A DNA stretch of 64,000 nucleotides from contig NC_068982.1 in assembly GCF_001194135.2 (NCBI RefSeq), forward strand, positions 189,087,867 to 189,151,866, written 5' to 3'. Positions within the stretch are counted from its first letter, which is position 1; each line of letters starts with the position of its first letter. Positions 39,401-50,735 of this stretch are shown piece by piece. Below the pieces are notes generated by a model, which saw only the letters and a list, made by a program, of their open reading frames with translations, ran no database searches and was not told the origin of the DNA. This DNA is from Octopus bimaculoides (Eukaryota). Made by a program: the position numbers and the translations under genes.

Positions 39401-41831
39401 TGAAACTATAGAATCGAATGTGAAAGTGTATGAAATATCAATGAATGATATTTTGATGGGAAATGCCAAAACAAAAAAAAAACAAAAAAAAGGTTTTCAA
39501 AACAGTCAATATTTTTGTGGTTCAAAAATTGTGATTTATTACACAAAATGTCCTCTAGAATTGGCCAGATTTAATAATGACAAACTTTAACAACTAAATA
39601 TTGTTAAACACACCTCTGCAAATGCAGAGTACATAAGCAATTCACTTTAAATATAACAAAACCTGGCAGTGAGACTGTTTTTAGCAGATCCCTAAATGGG
39701 GCTCATGGCAGGCAATGGGTCAAGGCTCAAGATCGTTTGTTTATTAATCGCTTGGATAACCACATAGAATCCCATGGGGTCAGTATTCAGCCCTGATTTA
39801 TTCAGTGATTCTCAGGTCTATGGACTCCTTTGACCCCTATTTTACTCAACTGGACCCTCATAACCATTCAGTGTTCAATAAAATCCTATTATATTTTTAT
39901 GATTAAATATTATTTGGAATTGTATAAAAAAATTGTTAAAATATTTTGTGTAATTGTAACCAATTTATTGCAGATAAACCATAGCTGTGGCCAGTGCCCT
40001 CTGACTGGCTCCCATGCTGGTAGCATGTAAAAAGCACCATCTGAACGTGGCTGATGCCAGTACCCCGTAACTGGCCCCTGTGCTGGTGGCGCGTAAAAAG
40101 CACTATCCAAATGTGATCGATGCTAGGCCCGCCTGACTAGCACCTGTGCCGGTGGCATATAAAAAGCAACCATTGGCATCCAGCTGTAGAAACTCTGCCA
40201 AATCAGATTGGAGAGCCTGGTGCAGCCATCTGGTTCTCCAGACCTCAGTCAAACCGTCCAACCCATACCAGCATGGAAAACGGACATTAAACAATGATGA
40301 TGAAACTTTAGCAACAAAATCTTGGATGGTCATGGCAAGAATGTCTCTGATGAAAGGGTCCCCAAAGGTCATATGCTCCGTGGTTAAGAACCACAGGTTT
40401 AGATAATTTCTCATATTTCTACATCCAGCTAAGGTCAAACCACAGAGGGTTGATAAAATACTGCTTGTTGTTTGGCCCTAGGTCAGCCGTGGTTGAGCAG
40501 ATCTTTGATCAAACACATCCTTGCCATGACCACCCAAATTTTTCAGACATTGTTTATCCTTCTAATTTTTGTCGATGGTAAAGCGTGTTTTGAGAGATTC
40601 AGCTGCTATTTCTAGCGTATTTGAAAACCACGTCGCAGCATTCAGCCGTAATCACAAATTCAAACCTTGTGACTAAGGGAGAAACCAGAACAAAATCAAA
40701 TTATAAAAAGAACCAATTTTTCAAAGGTCCAAGGGACATAACTCGAACAGACTTAAATAGCACTGCTATTTGATACTAGCCCTGATCAAGCTGACATTGT
40801 TAAAAGCATTCCAGCCGTGACCATACCGACATTTTTCACACATAGTATACATTATCCAATGCGTCCGCTTTTTTTCACAGACAGTATAATTTGAGAAAGA
40901 TTTGGTTGCAGGAGTGGCTGTGTGGTAAGTAGCTTGCTTACCAACCACATGGTTCCGGGTTCAGTCCTACTGAGTGGCACCTTGGGCAAGTGTCTTCTAT
41001 TATACCAAAACTTTGAGTGGATTTGGTAGAAGGAAACTGAAAGAAGCCCATCGTGTGTGTTTACGTCTCTATAACTTAGTGGTTCGGTAAAAGAGATCGA
41101 TAGAAGTACTAGGCTTAAAAAAAAAGTACTGGCGTTGATTTGTTTGACAAATATTCAAGGTGGTGCTCCAGCATGGCCACAGTCTAATGACTGAAACAAG
41201 TAAAAGATGAAAGATATCATCATCATCATCATTTAACGTCCATTTTCCATGCCGGCATGGGTTAGACAGTTTAACAGGAGCTGGTAAGGCTGGAGAGCTG
41301 TACCAGGACCCAGTTGTCTGTTTCCGCATGGTTTCTATGGCTGGATGTGAATGACTGAATTTTGGTTGGTCGACTCAAAATGGCACTTCATGCTGTTTAT
41401 TATTTATAGCTTCAACTACTTCAAGTTCCACCGTTAAAAACAAAGTATTATAGTTACCATCATCATCATCATTTAACATCTGTTGTCCATGCTGGCATGG
41501 GTAGGACGATTTGACCAAGCTGCACCAGACTTCAGTCTGATTTGGTATGGTTTCTACAGCTGGATGCCCTTCCTAACATGCCAACCACCTTTCAGAGTGT
41601 CACTGGGTGATTTTAAGTGGCACTGCATGGGTACTTTTATGTGTAGTCTATTTAATGGAATTATAAACAATCTCCATAACAACTGCCAGTCTTTCACCCC
41701 AATAACTCTTCCATCAAGCTGTCACATCCTTCATCCATTCATTTGGGTTCTTTTGTCATAAATCTCCCTTCTACTCATTCTCTGGGCCACATGGACTTGA
41801 AATAAAAGGGACAACATAGGGTAGTAAATTT

Positions 41832-41975
41832 TGAGGATCGAATACTGGAGATAGCAAGTCGGACAAAATGCTTAGAAGCATTTCTTTCGATGTTTTACGT
41901 CAAGTACTGTGGTTGATGTAATCGACAAGCCCCCTCCCCTCAAAATTACTCTGTGTGTGTGTGTGTTATGTGTGC
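41832..41975 (+). repeat. Internally deleted SINE derivative, copy 1 of an inverted pair
   Basis: Aligns over about 140 bp with the reverse complement of 50596-50735, sharing the same rearranged structure. Confidence 0.85.
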
Positions 41976-44900
41976 AAGGCTACTTCATTGGTGCTGGTGT
42001 CATGATAGAATATAACCAATACCCTTGGCAAAGTGGTGGATGAATGGGAGGAAACCATGTAGGGTCCTGTAGGGCCCTTTAGTCAGGTTGAGTAAATGAA
42101 AATCTCTAACCATAGCAAAAATAAAAGGTGTGAGTGAAATCTAATACTGTGAACCATCTCGGAGGACAGTGACTCCAAAGAACTAGCTTGGACAGAGACA
42201 ACCCATTTGATGCGTGTGAGACAGGAAAGTGAAAGTGAAACTGATGTTGGTGATGATGACTAAAGACCCACCCACCACAACAATTGAAATCCTAAAACTA
42301 AGGCACCACATAAAAAGTACTCAGTACACTCTGTAAAGTGGTTGGTGTTAGGAAGGGCATCCAGCTGTAGAATCCATGCGAACACAGATGATTGGAGCCT
42401 GGTGCAGCTGCTGTCAAACCATCCAACCCATACTGGCATAGAAAATGGATGTTAAATGATGATGATGATAATATTGTGCTCCGCAGTTGGTTCCATCCAT
42501 TATGGTAGTAGTGTCACACAGAAACAGCAACCAAAATAGCTGCAAAATATTTTAAAACAACTCAGAAACTATAAACAAGAACAGGATTTGGCCATTTGTA
42601 ATTCTTCTTTTTTCTTCTTCTTGACAGAACATATTTTTCAGATAAATTCTAAAAAAGATTTCTGAAACAGACATAAGCCAATGTTATATTTTGAAACAAA
42701 TATGAAACATGTGTGTTTGTTTGTTTGTTTTTCCTTGTCTAGACAGAATGCTGTAATTATAAATGGTTATCATGAAAAACATGTCTGGCCTTGGAGGGGA
42801 AATATTACCTTGCTTGGAAACAGGTGACGGTTAGCAACAGGAAGGACATCCGAATGCAGAAAATCTGCCTCAATAAACTCAGTCTGAGCCATACAAGCGA
42901 CGAAAAGTTGACGTTAAAAGACGGATGGTGGAGAATCTAACACAGTGATCTCCCCTTCGTTGCGAAGATTTAACTCGGATCAAATCAAATCTGGGACTGA
43001 ACGACAATCTGACAGTTGATTATTAATATCAGAGTTAGAACTCATTCACATTTAGTAATAATTAATAATAATAATAATAACAACAACATTGACGTCCACT
43101 TTTCCATGCTGGTATGGGTTTGGTGGAGTTCATGGTGATGAATTTTCTACAGCTCAATGCTTTTCTTGTTGTCAACCCTCGTTTCTTAGCAAAGCAATAT
43201 TTCACCCTGGCCACACGTTTCCACAAAATATTAGAGGCGTGTGGGTGTGTGTGTGTGTGTATCATCGTCGTCATCATCACTCAGTGATCCTGTTCCATGC
43301 TGGTTTGATGGGATTCAATGTGCCCAAAGGACTGTACCATGCTCCAGTTGTCTGTTTTGGCAAAGTTTCTAAGGCTGGAGACCCTTCCTAATGCCAACCA
43401 TTTTACAGTGTGTACTGGATGCATTTCTCATGTCACCTGCACGAGCGAGGTTGCCATGCAGCTCACATGACTACAAACCCTGGGACGGGGATTAGCTTCA
43501 TGCGAGTGAACAGTGAGGGAGGGGTTTGAATAATGAAAAGGGGAGACAGTACAGGTTCTTGAAAAACATCCGTAAGGTTACTCACGTGGCACACAGAAAC
43601 TAAACAAAAGATTCTCCTCCCCATCCATCTCTATATATACGCACTTATGTGTGTGTGTGTGTATCCTTGTCTTGACATTATATAACGGTTGTAAGGTGGC
43701 AGGTTGGCAGAATCGTTAGCACACTGGGCGAAATGCTTTGCAGTATTTCATCTGCCGCTACGTTCTGAGTTCAAATTCTGCCAAGGTCGACTTTACTTTT
43801 CATCCTTTTGGGGTCGATGAAATAAGTACTAGTTATGCACTGGGGTTGATCTAATCGACTTACCCTTCCTCGCAAATTTCAGGCTTTGTGCCTAGAATAG
43901 AAAGGATCAAATAATGGTAGTAAATGAATATAATTATTATACAAGTGATGTTGTTTGTTTTCAATCTTCCAAGAAAAAGATGTTTGGCCATGGGGGAGGG
44001 GGGATGTTACCTTTCTTGGAAAGAGGTGAAGGTTGGTGACAGGAAAGGCATCAACAAGTTCCATCCAATCCATGCGAACATGGAAAATGGACATTAAAAA
44101 AAATAATGTCTTTATTGCCCACAGGGGGTTAAACATAGAGGGGACAAGCAAGGACAGATAAAGGGAATAAGTCGATTAGATCGACCCCAGTGCGTAACTG
44201 GTACTTATTTGACTCCGAAAGGATGAAAGGCAAAGTCGACCTTGGTGGAATTTGAACTCAGAACATAACGGCAGGCAAAGTACCACTAAGCATTTCAGCT
44301 GGTGTGCTAATGATTCTGCCAGCTCACCGCCCTAATGATGAAGATAATGGCAAGATATTACTGTTATATTCTGGGTGAAAACGCCAACCATGTAACTGGC
44401 ACTCCATCGGTTATGACAACAAGAGTTGCAGTTGGTCCAACCAATGGATTAGCCTGCTTGTGAAATTAACATGCAAGTGGCTGAGTACTCCAGACATATG
44501 TACCCTTAACATAGTTCTCCAGGAGACTCAGCATGACACAGCTGGTCCTTTTCTATTACAGGTTCTACTCATTTTTGCCAGCTGAGTGGAGTGGAGCAAT
44601 GTGAAATAAAGAGCCTTGCTTAAGGCCACAACGCACTCCTGGGAATCATGACCTGATACACTAACCACAAAGCTGGTCATTAATTAACAAAGTGAAATAT
44701 TAATTAAAAAAAGAAATGTTTCTTTATTAACCAATTTGTCTGTTGAATTCTGTTCTTTTACAAGGAAAAAGGAATTGAAAAATATTTCTAGTTTTAATGA
44801 TTTTTCAGTCACTTGTGTTGTGTTATAAAAAAAAAATTTATTTAAAACAAAAGTTTTTATAATTTATATAATTTGCTACAATTCAGTTCTGTAGTGTATA

Positions 44901-44994
44901 GGTGCGTGTGTGTGTGTCGTTATTTTACATTTATTTTATATGCTATATACAAATATAGCATGTGTGTGCATGCGTGTGTAGATATATATATATA

Positions 44995-45247
44995 TACTGT
45001 TGTGTCTGGGGAGAACCATTCTCTTTTAGTGTCTTATAATTTAACACACTCACCAGTTCGATTTCCACTCATTTACTTATTTATTTTTTCTAAAATTTTT
45101 GTTGCGTCCTGCAACCTTTTCAAGACTATTGAAAAGGTTGCAAGACGCAACGAAAAAATTAAAAAACAAATAAGTGGAAATTTTCCCAGTGAGTGTGTTA
45201 AATTATATGGCACAAAAAGAAAATGACTCTCGCCGGACACAACAGAA
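44995..45247. mobile_element. Palindromic TA-flanked MITE (about 125-bp arms, 5-nt loop) downstream of TIMELESS
   Basis: CTGTTGTGTC..TTATAATTTAACACACTCAC..GTTGCGTCCTGCAACCTTTTCAA-gacta-TTGAAAAGGTTGCAAGACGCAAC..GTGAGTGTGTTAAATTATA..GACACAACAG; TA on both sides. Confidence 0.85.
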
Positions 45248-45475
45248 TATGCTTCAATACACAAACTCACATAAAGAATCTTGCAAACCAAATCCCAAAA
45301 CAATATATATATATATATGATGCTGACTCTCCATAAATATAAAAATAATAATGATAATTTCCTGTTAGACATTCTTTGAGCCTTTGAGTCACAGAAGATG
45401 CCAAAGGAAGAAAATATGATTTGGGGAATGGTTACTTAATTTCTTTTACTCCAAGAAAGATTTGGAAAGTCACCT

Positions 45476-48400
45476 TTAATCATTCTCATCATCACTGCTA
45501 AGAACACGTTTCCTGCGAATGGCAGTAACAAGTGGTATATGGTCATCAAAGACATTGGTGTCTGGTTCCATATTTGGTAAGGACAACAAAGTGGCTGGGA
45601 AAGTATCAACAGTATTGTTGTTGATAATATTTGGATTCTGTTTGACATATTTGGGGGTCTGGACACTTTTAGCTTTGTCGAACAAATCAACATCATCCTG
45701 TTTTGGGTTCAATTCTTTAGTGGAATCAATTTCATGATTTTCCTTATCTTCATCACCTGAATCATCATCAGAGCTCTCCAATATTGCAATTTTCTGCCGT
45801 TTACTTCCATTTACCGTTTTTCTTTCTGCAGCAGAGTCATCCAACTCCTCCATAGTCTTCCCACTGTGGCCACCGTCACTGCTCTCAGAGTCTATCAGTT
45901 TTTGTCGCTTTTTGGTTTTCTTCACAAAACTTGGTCCTGCAAGCTGCGGGACTGTTGCTTCCTTATTAAGGGAAACATCATCGTTTTCTTGTTGAAGGTC
46001 TACAGTGCTAACATTATGATTTCCCGCATCCTCATCGCTGCTATCACTCAATAAACGCTTCTTTTTCTTCTTCTTCTTTTCGGAGGTTCCAACAGTGTCA
46101 AAGTTCTCCAACTCAGTTTCGATAAACAACCGGCCATCATCACTGTCACTGTCGGAAGAATTGAACTTTGCTAAAGGAGTTTCTTTTCTCTTTGAACAGT
46201 TAGCGTTAAAATCTTGGTTAATTTTTTTCTTGGATGTTGGCAGAGAATTAAGAGGTACATCACTATCATCATCACTGTCATCATCAGCATTTTGTTTAGA
46301 TTTTACCTGAGAAATAAGAGGTTCATCCCCACTCTCATCATCATCATCAATTTGGATGGAACCATTCCGTGCATTACTCTCAGATCTATCTTCTACATCA
46401 TCCTCATCACTGCTGTCCTCAAACTCAATTCTCCTCCTCTTCTTTTTTTTATTCTCTTTTGAATTTCTTTGTTTAGAAAACTTTGGAGAATTACTCCCAG
46501 AAACATTTAGTTGAGAGTTGGAATCACCATTTTCTTCTTCAGAGTTTTCAGAAATCTTTTTCTTCTTTGTTCGCCGTTGCTTTTTTGAGTTTTTTTTATC
46601 TTCATCATTGTTTTTACTGGATTTTGCTTTGTTCTTTCCTTTAGTTTTTTTGTCTTTTGTTTGTTTTTTCTGCAGTGCCATTAGCGCTTTCTTCCTTTTA
46701 CCATTATTTTCAGAGGTTTTTGATTTCTCTTTCTTTGATTTATTTTGTTTTTGACCAGTCTTTGACTTCACTGACCTAGCCACCAACCATGTCTTCAGTT
46801 CTGCTGTATTTGTAGGCTGACCGTTCTCGTCCAGATTCAAGCCATCAGCAATCATGGTCAACGTGGAACCATCCAAATCACCAGTGATACGCCAGAAAGC
46901 CTCTTGACCAGTGATAGGCTTTGAGAGGCCAATCAGCAACAGGAAGTCAAGAAATATAGGGTCTTCCATTGCCTCCTCATTTTCTTCAGTAAGTGGTACC
47001 ACAGGTACACCAACATAGGTACCCGGTGTCTGTCTGTCTTCAGCAGTTCTTCGCAGTGACCTCTGGATCCAGCTGATGGGACCTTTGTAGTCATGGCTCA
47101 CCAAACATTTCAAAACATCCTCAATATCAGTGCTAGGTAGGTCATCACTGTTGCTAGGTTGGCCCTCAATATCACGAGTTCCTTCGACTTCATCACTTTC
47201 CTCTCCAGAGGAATCAGAATGGGTGGCCATCACATGACCTTCTTGAACACAATCATCATCATCATTTGAATCACTGTTACTTCCACTCTCACCACTCCCA
47301 TCCATTCGTCCCTGTTTCTTCCTCCTTGATCTTTTCTTATAGAGTTCTTTCTTATCCTGGACAATATCCAAACCAAAAAGTTTATCTTTGATTTTATTCT
47401 TGGGTTTAGTAAAAGACAAATTCTGCATGGTGTTACCAAGTGGATCATCAGACCCTCGAAACCGTTCAAAAGCATCTCTGAGTTCTGTTTCTTGTTCCTC
47501 CGTCCATGGCGCCCTGTCACTGTTGGTCGATGGGGGTTGTTTTCGTTTCAAATCTTTAGCAGATTGAATCAAGCCACTGATTCTCAGCTGGCGGAGAACC
47601 TGACCACGAGATTTGGTCTCGTCCGTTAAATGTGCCATGATATGACCAACAATATCCTTCTCAGGGTCTTCTTTCGCTTCATCAAACAACCGTTTTAGTT
47701 CCATTTCCTGGTCCTCAGTCCAAACTTGTTTCACATTTTGGTTTGGATTAAAGTAACCATCCGAAAGTTCTCCAGCTTCCCGGGCTGTTTTCCAGAATAA
47801 CATTTCCATGAAAATTTTTTTGTTCTTCTCAGCTACAACGAAGAATTTCCGGACAATGAACACACCAAATTGCACTATTTCCTGAAAATGCTTCACTTTG
47901 GACAGGGCAAATGCTTCTCTGAAGATGCAAAACAGGCGGGCTTGGAAGAACATGCCCTCCTGATGAAGATCAACAGCAATACGGTGGAACATTTTGATGA
48001 TGCAGTGGTTTGTAAAAGCTGAATTGTTTTTGAAGTTAGCAAGTAGGGTGGTGTAACTTTGGAGAATCGCAGGTTTGGCAAATTTAGCAATAAAATCTCG
48101 AGTACTGAGTTCTTCTTCACTGGTAACAACCGAAGACATTTCCTCTTCGACAATATCATCTTCCTGTTCTTCTAATTCTTCAGCCACTGTAGCAGCCATG
48201 TTTTCACTATTCTGAGATAAATTTGCCATAAATACCTCTCTTAGGGCTAAAAATTCATCTTCGGGACTCATTTCAGCACTGCCAAATTCATTGTTGTCAG
48301 GCCAAACCTCCCGGGCTGCACGGAGAAGTGCCACAGCTTCTGCAGGATTTTTTGATCGAAGGCAGGTCTGTATACGTACCATAGTATCTGCTCGCTGTTG

Positions 48401-50176
48401 ATCAATGTCGACTTCTGAAGCGGCATCGAAGGGGAGAACACCTTCACTCATTTCATTCTCTCCACTCAACACAGCAGAAACTTCACTAGAAACATCATCC
48501 CACAGATTAAGAAGTTCTTCTTCAGATAATTGCGTTCTCGAAGAATTGCCAGCATTGTTGTTTTTATTATTCCGAGAGCTTTTAGATTTCTGTGAGGCTT
48601 TCTTTTTTTTTTGTACCACGATACATCGGTTAGATTTCTGGGAAATCTCCAACATCTTCAAGAACAGATGAGTTGCATGCACCAAATCTGTCAAATAGGA
48701 GGTAGAATATTTGCTGTGATCGAACTTACTTAACAGAACCACGAATATATCGCGAAATTCCATCATGTAGAAAATATTACCTTTTAAGACCTTAGCACTT
48801 GATACAAGGTGCTTGTTCTTGGATGTTTCCATAGAATGAAGAGTCATTAAAAGTTCTTGATAAGCCTTCAGAGCCAGATGCACTCGTTTCGCCCAGACTT
48901 TAGCTTCTTTCTTATCTGTCGTAATCATTTCATAATAATTGAAGAGATTCACCTGGATGTAATGAAAGGCAGACACTGACAGAGTTTCACTAATGAGTTC
49001 AACCTGTTGGCTGTGCAAACGACAAAATTCCATGAAAAACCGCAAGGCCCACAAATAATAGGTTTCATCATGATCTTGAGCAACCTCACGCACCAAATTA
49101 TCTTTCACTGCAGACATAAGGGGATTGTAGCAGTTCTCCAAGAACTGGACGCAGAATTCTTTTAGGCACAGGCGAATACTCAGAGTTGATCTGCGAACAA
49201 CATCGACTTGTGTGATGGGGGCACGGTTTTTGGGGGTAACACGAGATTTTTTAGTAATATCAAAAGAATGGTTACCTGCTTTATACAGGGATCCGTGAAA
49301 GATGACTTCTCTATCGCTAATCGACTGGACATTCTTAAGTACGTAGGTGCCACCGAACCGGGAGTGTCTTGTACTCATGTATCGAACTCGTTTTTGTTTA
49401 GCAATTCGTTCCTGTTCACGAATAATTTCCAATTCTCTCACATCTTTTTCTTTTTCGCTGATCGCTCGTTGGACACCGGCCGAAGCAAGCAAGGCAGGTG
49501 TTTGTTGACGAAACATCAGAGTTACAATCTCCAATGTATGCATGCAGTACTGTCTTTCGTCAGCAGAATTAGACACATATAGGAGTAAATCTTCCATACC
49601 GCTGACGTGTAACGACCACAGCACTTGGTCGTGAATGCTGGCATCGTCGTCCGTCCTCTTTTCTTCGTTGGCATCTGGCTGAACATGAAGCACATTCCGT
49701 ACTAGGATCAACAGCCTTTCAATCAACACTCGGTCCTCTTCGTGTCTGTGTTCCCAGTCAAGTTTCAATAAATCGGTTAATTTCTCGGTGAGTACAGCGA
49801 AAAGCACATCGTCGACGAAGGCCTTTTTGTAGTTCCTCAGAATGCTTTCTACTTCCATGTAGTAGTTCCTCAGAACTTTATCTTCGGGAATCTGGCCCCC
49901 AAAACAAAGACGTGCCGGCTGTGTAAGATTAAGTAACAGCCGTATGACAGTCTCGAAAAGACTGCGATCGGATTTGTATTCTTTAATCAAAGGTAGTAAG
50001 TCACTTTGTACAATTTCTGCCTGTCCCAGCTGGCGACGAATGCAACACGTATCGTCATCTCGTCTCAAACAACGTATCAGATCTTTTACCGATTCCAGAC
50101 AATCCGGTTCTTTTAAGTATTTCGACCCTTCCTGGTAACCGAGGGCACTGCATATAGCTTGTAATTCAACATCCAT
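45476..50176 (-). CDS. TIMELESS: TIMELESS homolog of the mammalian/timeout (TIM2, fork protection complex) type, 1566 aa, single uninterrupted ORF
   Basis: N-terminus CSALGY..KEPDCLESVKDLIR, RHSRFGG, FLENCYN, DETYY.WAL.FFM, RVHLALKAYQELL; two SANT/Myb-like repeats (WTEDQE.., WTEEQE..); PARP-binding region VPVVPLTEENEEAME..GQEAFWRI; strong Kozak context atcATGG. Confidence 0.97.
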   Translation of the reverse strand: MDVELQAICSALGYQEGSKYLKEPDCLESVKDLIRCLRRDDDTCCIRRQLGQAEIVQSDLLPLIKEYKSDRSLFETVIRLLLNLTQPARLCFGGQIPEDKVLRNYYMEVESILRNYKKAFVDDVLFAVLTEKLTDLLKLDWEHRHEEDRVLIERLLILVRNVLHVQPDANEEKRTDDDASIHDQVLWSLHVSGMEDLLLYVSNSADERQYCMHTLEIVTLMFRQQTPALLASAGVQRAISEKEKDVRELEIIREQERIAKQKRVRYMSTRHSRFGGTYVLKNVQSISDREVIFHGSLYKAGNHSFDITKKSRVTPKNRAPITQVDVVRRSTLSIRLCLKEFCVQFLENCYNPLMSAVKDNLVREVAQDHDETYYLWALRFFMEFCRLHSQQVELISETLSVSAFHYIQVNLFNYYEMITTDKKEAKVWAKRVHLALKAYQELLMTLHSMETSKNKHLVSSAKVLKGNIFYMMEFRDIFVVLLSKFDHSKYSTSYLTDLVHATHLFLKMLEISQKSNRCIVVQKKKKASQKSKSSRNNKNNNAGNSSRTQLSEEELLNLWDDVSSEVSAVLSGENEMSEGVLPFDAASEVDIDQQRADTMVRIQTCLRSKNPAEAVALLRAAREVWPDNNEFGSAEMSPEDEFLALREVFMANLSQNSENMAATVAEELEEQEDDIVEEEMSSVVTSEEELSTRDFIAKFAKPAILQSYTTLLANFKNNSAFTNHCIIKMFHRIAVDLHQEGMFFQARLFCIFREAFALSKVKHFQEIVQFGVFIVRKFFVVAEKNKKIFMEMLFWKTAREAGELSDGYFNPNQNVKQVWTEDQEMELKRLFDEAKEDPEKDIVGHIMAHLTDETKSRGQVLRQLRISGLIQSAKDLKRKQPPSTNSDRAPWTEEQETELRDAFERFRGSDDPLGNTMQNLSFTKPKNKIKDKLFGLDIVQDKKELYKKRSRRKKQGRMDGSGESGSNSDSNDDDDCVQEGHVMATHSDSSGEESDEVEGTRDIEGQPSNSDDLPSTDIEDVLKCLVSHDYKGPISWIQRSLRRTAEDRQTPGTYVGVPVVPLTEENEEAMEDPIFLDFLLLIGLSKPITGQEAFWRITGDLDGSTLTMIADGLNLDENGQPTNTAELKTWLVARSVKSKTGQKQNKSKKEKSKTSENNGKRKKALMALQKKQTKDKKTKGKNKAKSSKNNDEDKKNSKKQRRTKKKKISENSEEENGDSNSQLNVSGSNSPKFSKQRNSKENKKKKRRRIEFEDSSDEDDVEDRSESNARNGSIQIDDDDESGDEPLISQVKSKQNADDDSDDDSDVPLNSLPTSKKKINQDFNANCSKRKETPLAKFNSSDSDSDDGRLFIETELENFDTVGTSEKKKKKKKRLLSDSSDEDAGNHNVSTVDLQQENDDVSLNKEATVPQLAGPSFVKKTKKRQKLIDSESSDGGHSGKTMEELDDSAAERKTVNGSKRQKIAILESSDDDSGDEDKENHEIDSTKELNPKQDDVDLFDKAKSVQTPKYVKQNPNIINNNTVDTFPATLLSLPNMEPDTNVFDDHIPLVTAIRRKRVLSSDDEND

Positions 50177-50270
50177 GATGGTGCTAAAACATTAAACATC
50201 AAGTAAGAGAATCAACCGTGGACACTAGTTTAGAAGGAAACAACAACAACGTGACAACACCTTCACTCAC

Positions 50271-50284
50271 AATTGGCGCCAATT
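50271..50284. promoter_or_regulatory. Perfect palindrome AATTGGCGCCAATT, E2F-like site
   Basis: About 95 nt upstream of the TIMELESS ATG; the TTGGCGC core matches the E2F consensus. Confidence 0.5.
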
Positions 50285-50595
50285 CTGAAAACGAGGCTGG
50301 CCGCTTACGATGTTGTCACAAACCAACACCAACAGTTAAAATTTATGTATATATAAAATTACATTTAATGTATATATCTATATAAGCTTATTTAACCTAG
50401 TCATAAATTTCTACATATTTTTTTTTCTTAAAAAAGGATTCTCTCAGTTATAAACACAATTGTCTTCTCTCCTATTTTTCCTTCCTCTCATTTTACTCAT
50501 CACTTTCTCCCTCTCTCTCTCTCTCTCTCTCTTTTCCCCTATTCACACGCAAACCTCTTCAAGTAACACTTTTTAAAGATATCCAACACACTGAC

Positions 50596-50735
50596 GCACA
50601 CGTAACGCACACACAGAGTAATTTTGAGGGGAGGGGCTAGTCGATTACATCGACCGCAGTAGTTGTCGAAAAAAAGTCGAAAGAAATGCTTCTAAGCATT
50701 TTGTCCGACGCGCTATCTCCAGTATTCGATCCTCA
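50596..50735 (-). repeat. Internally deleted SINE derivative, copy 2 of the inverted pair
   Basis: Reverse complement matches 41832-41975; this copy keeps CpGs that are TpG or otherwise lost in the other copy. Confidence 0.85.

Noticed and set aside
45476-50176. Insect-type clock gene timeless (TIM1)
   Set aside because: The motifs, SANT-like repeats and PARP-binding region match the mammalian/timeout type.
41832-50735. Giant composite transposon carrying TIMELESS with the 140-bp pair as TIRs
   Set aside because: No TSD at the outer ends, and the repeats are SINE-derived rather than transposase-type termini; kept only as a possible inversion scar.
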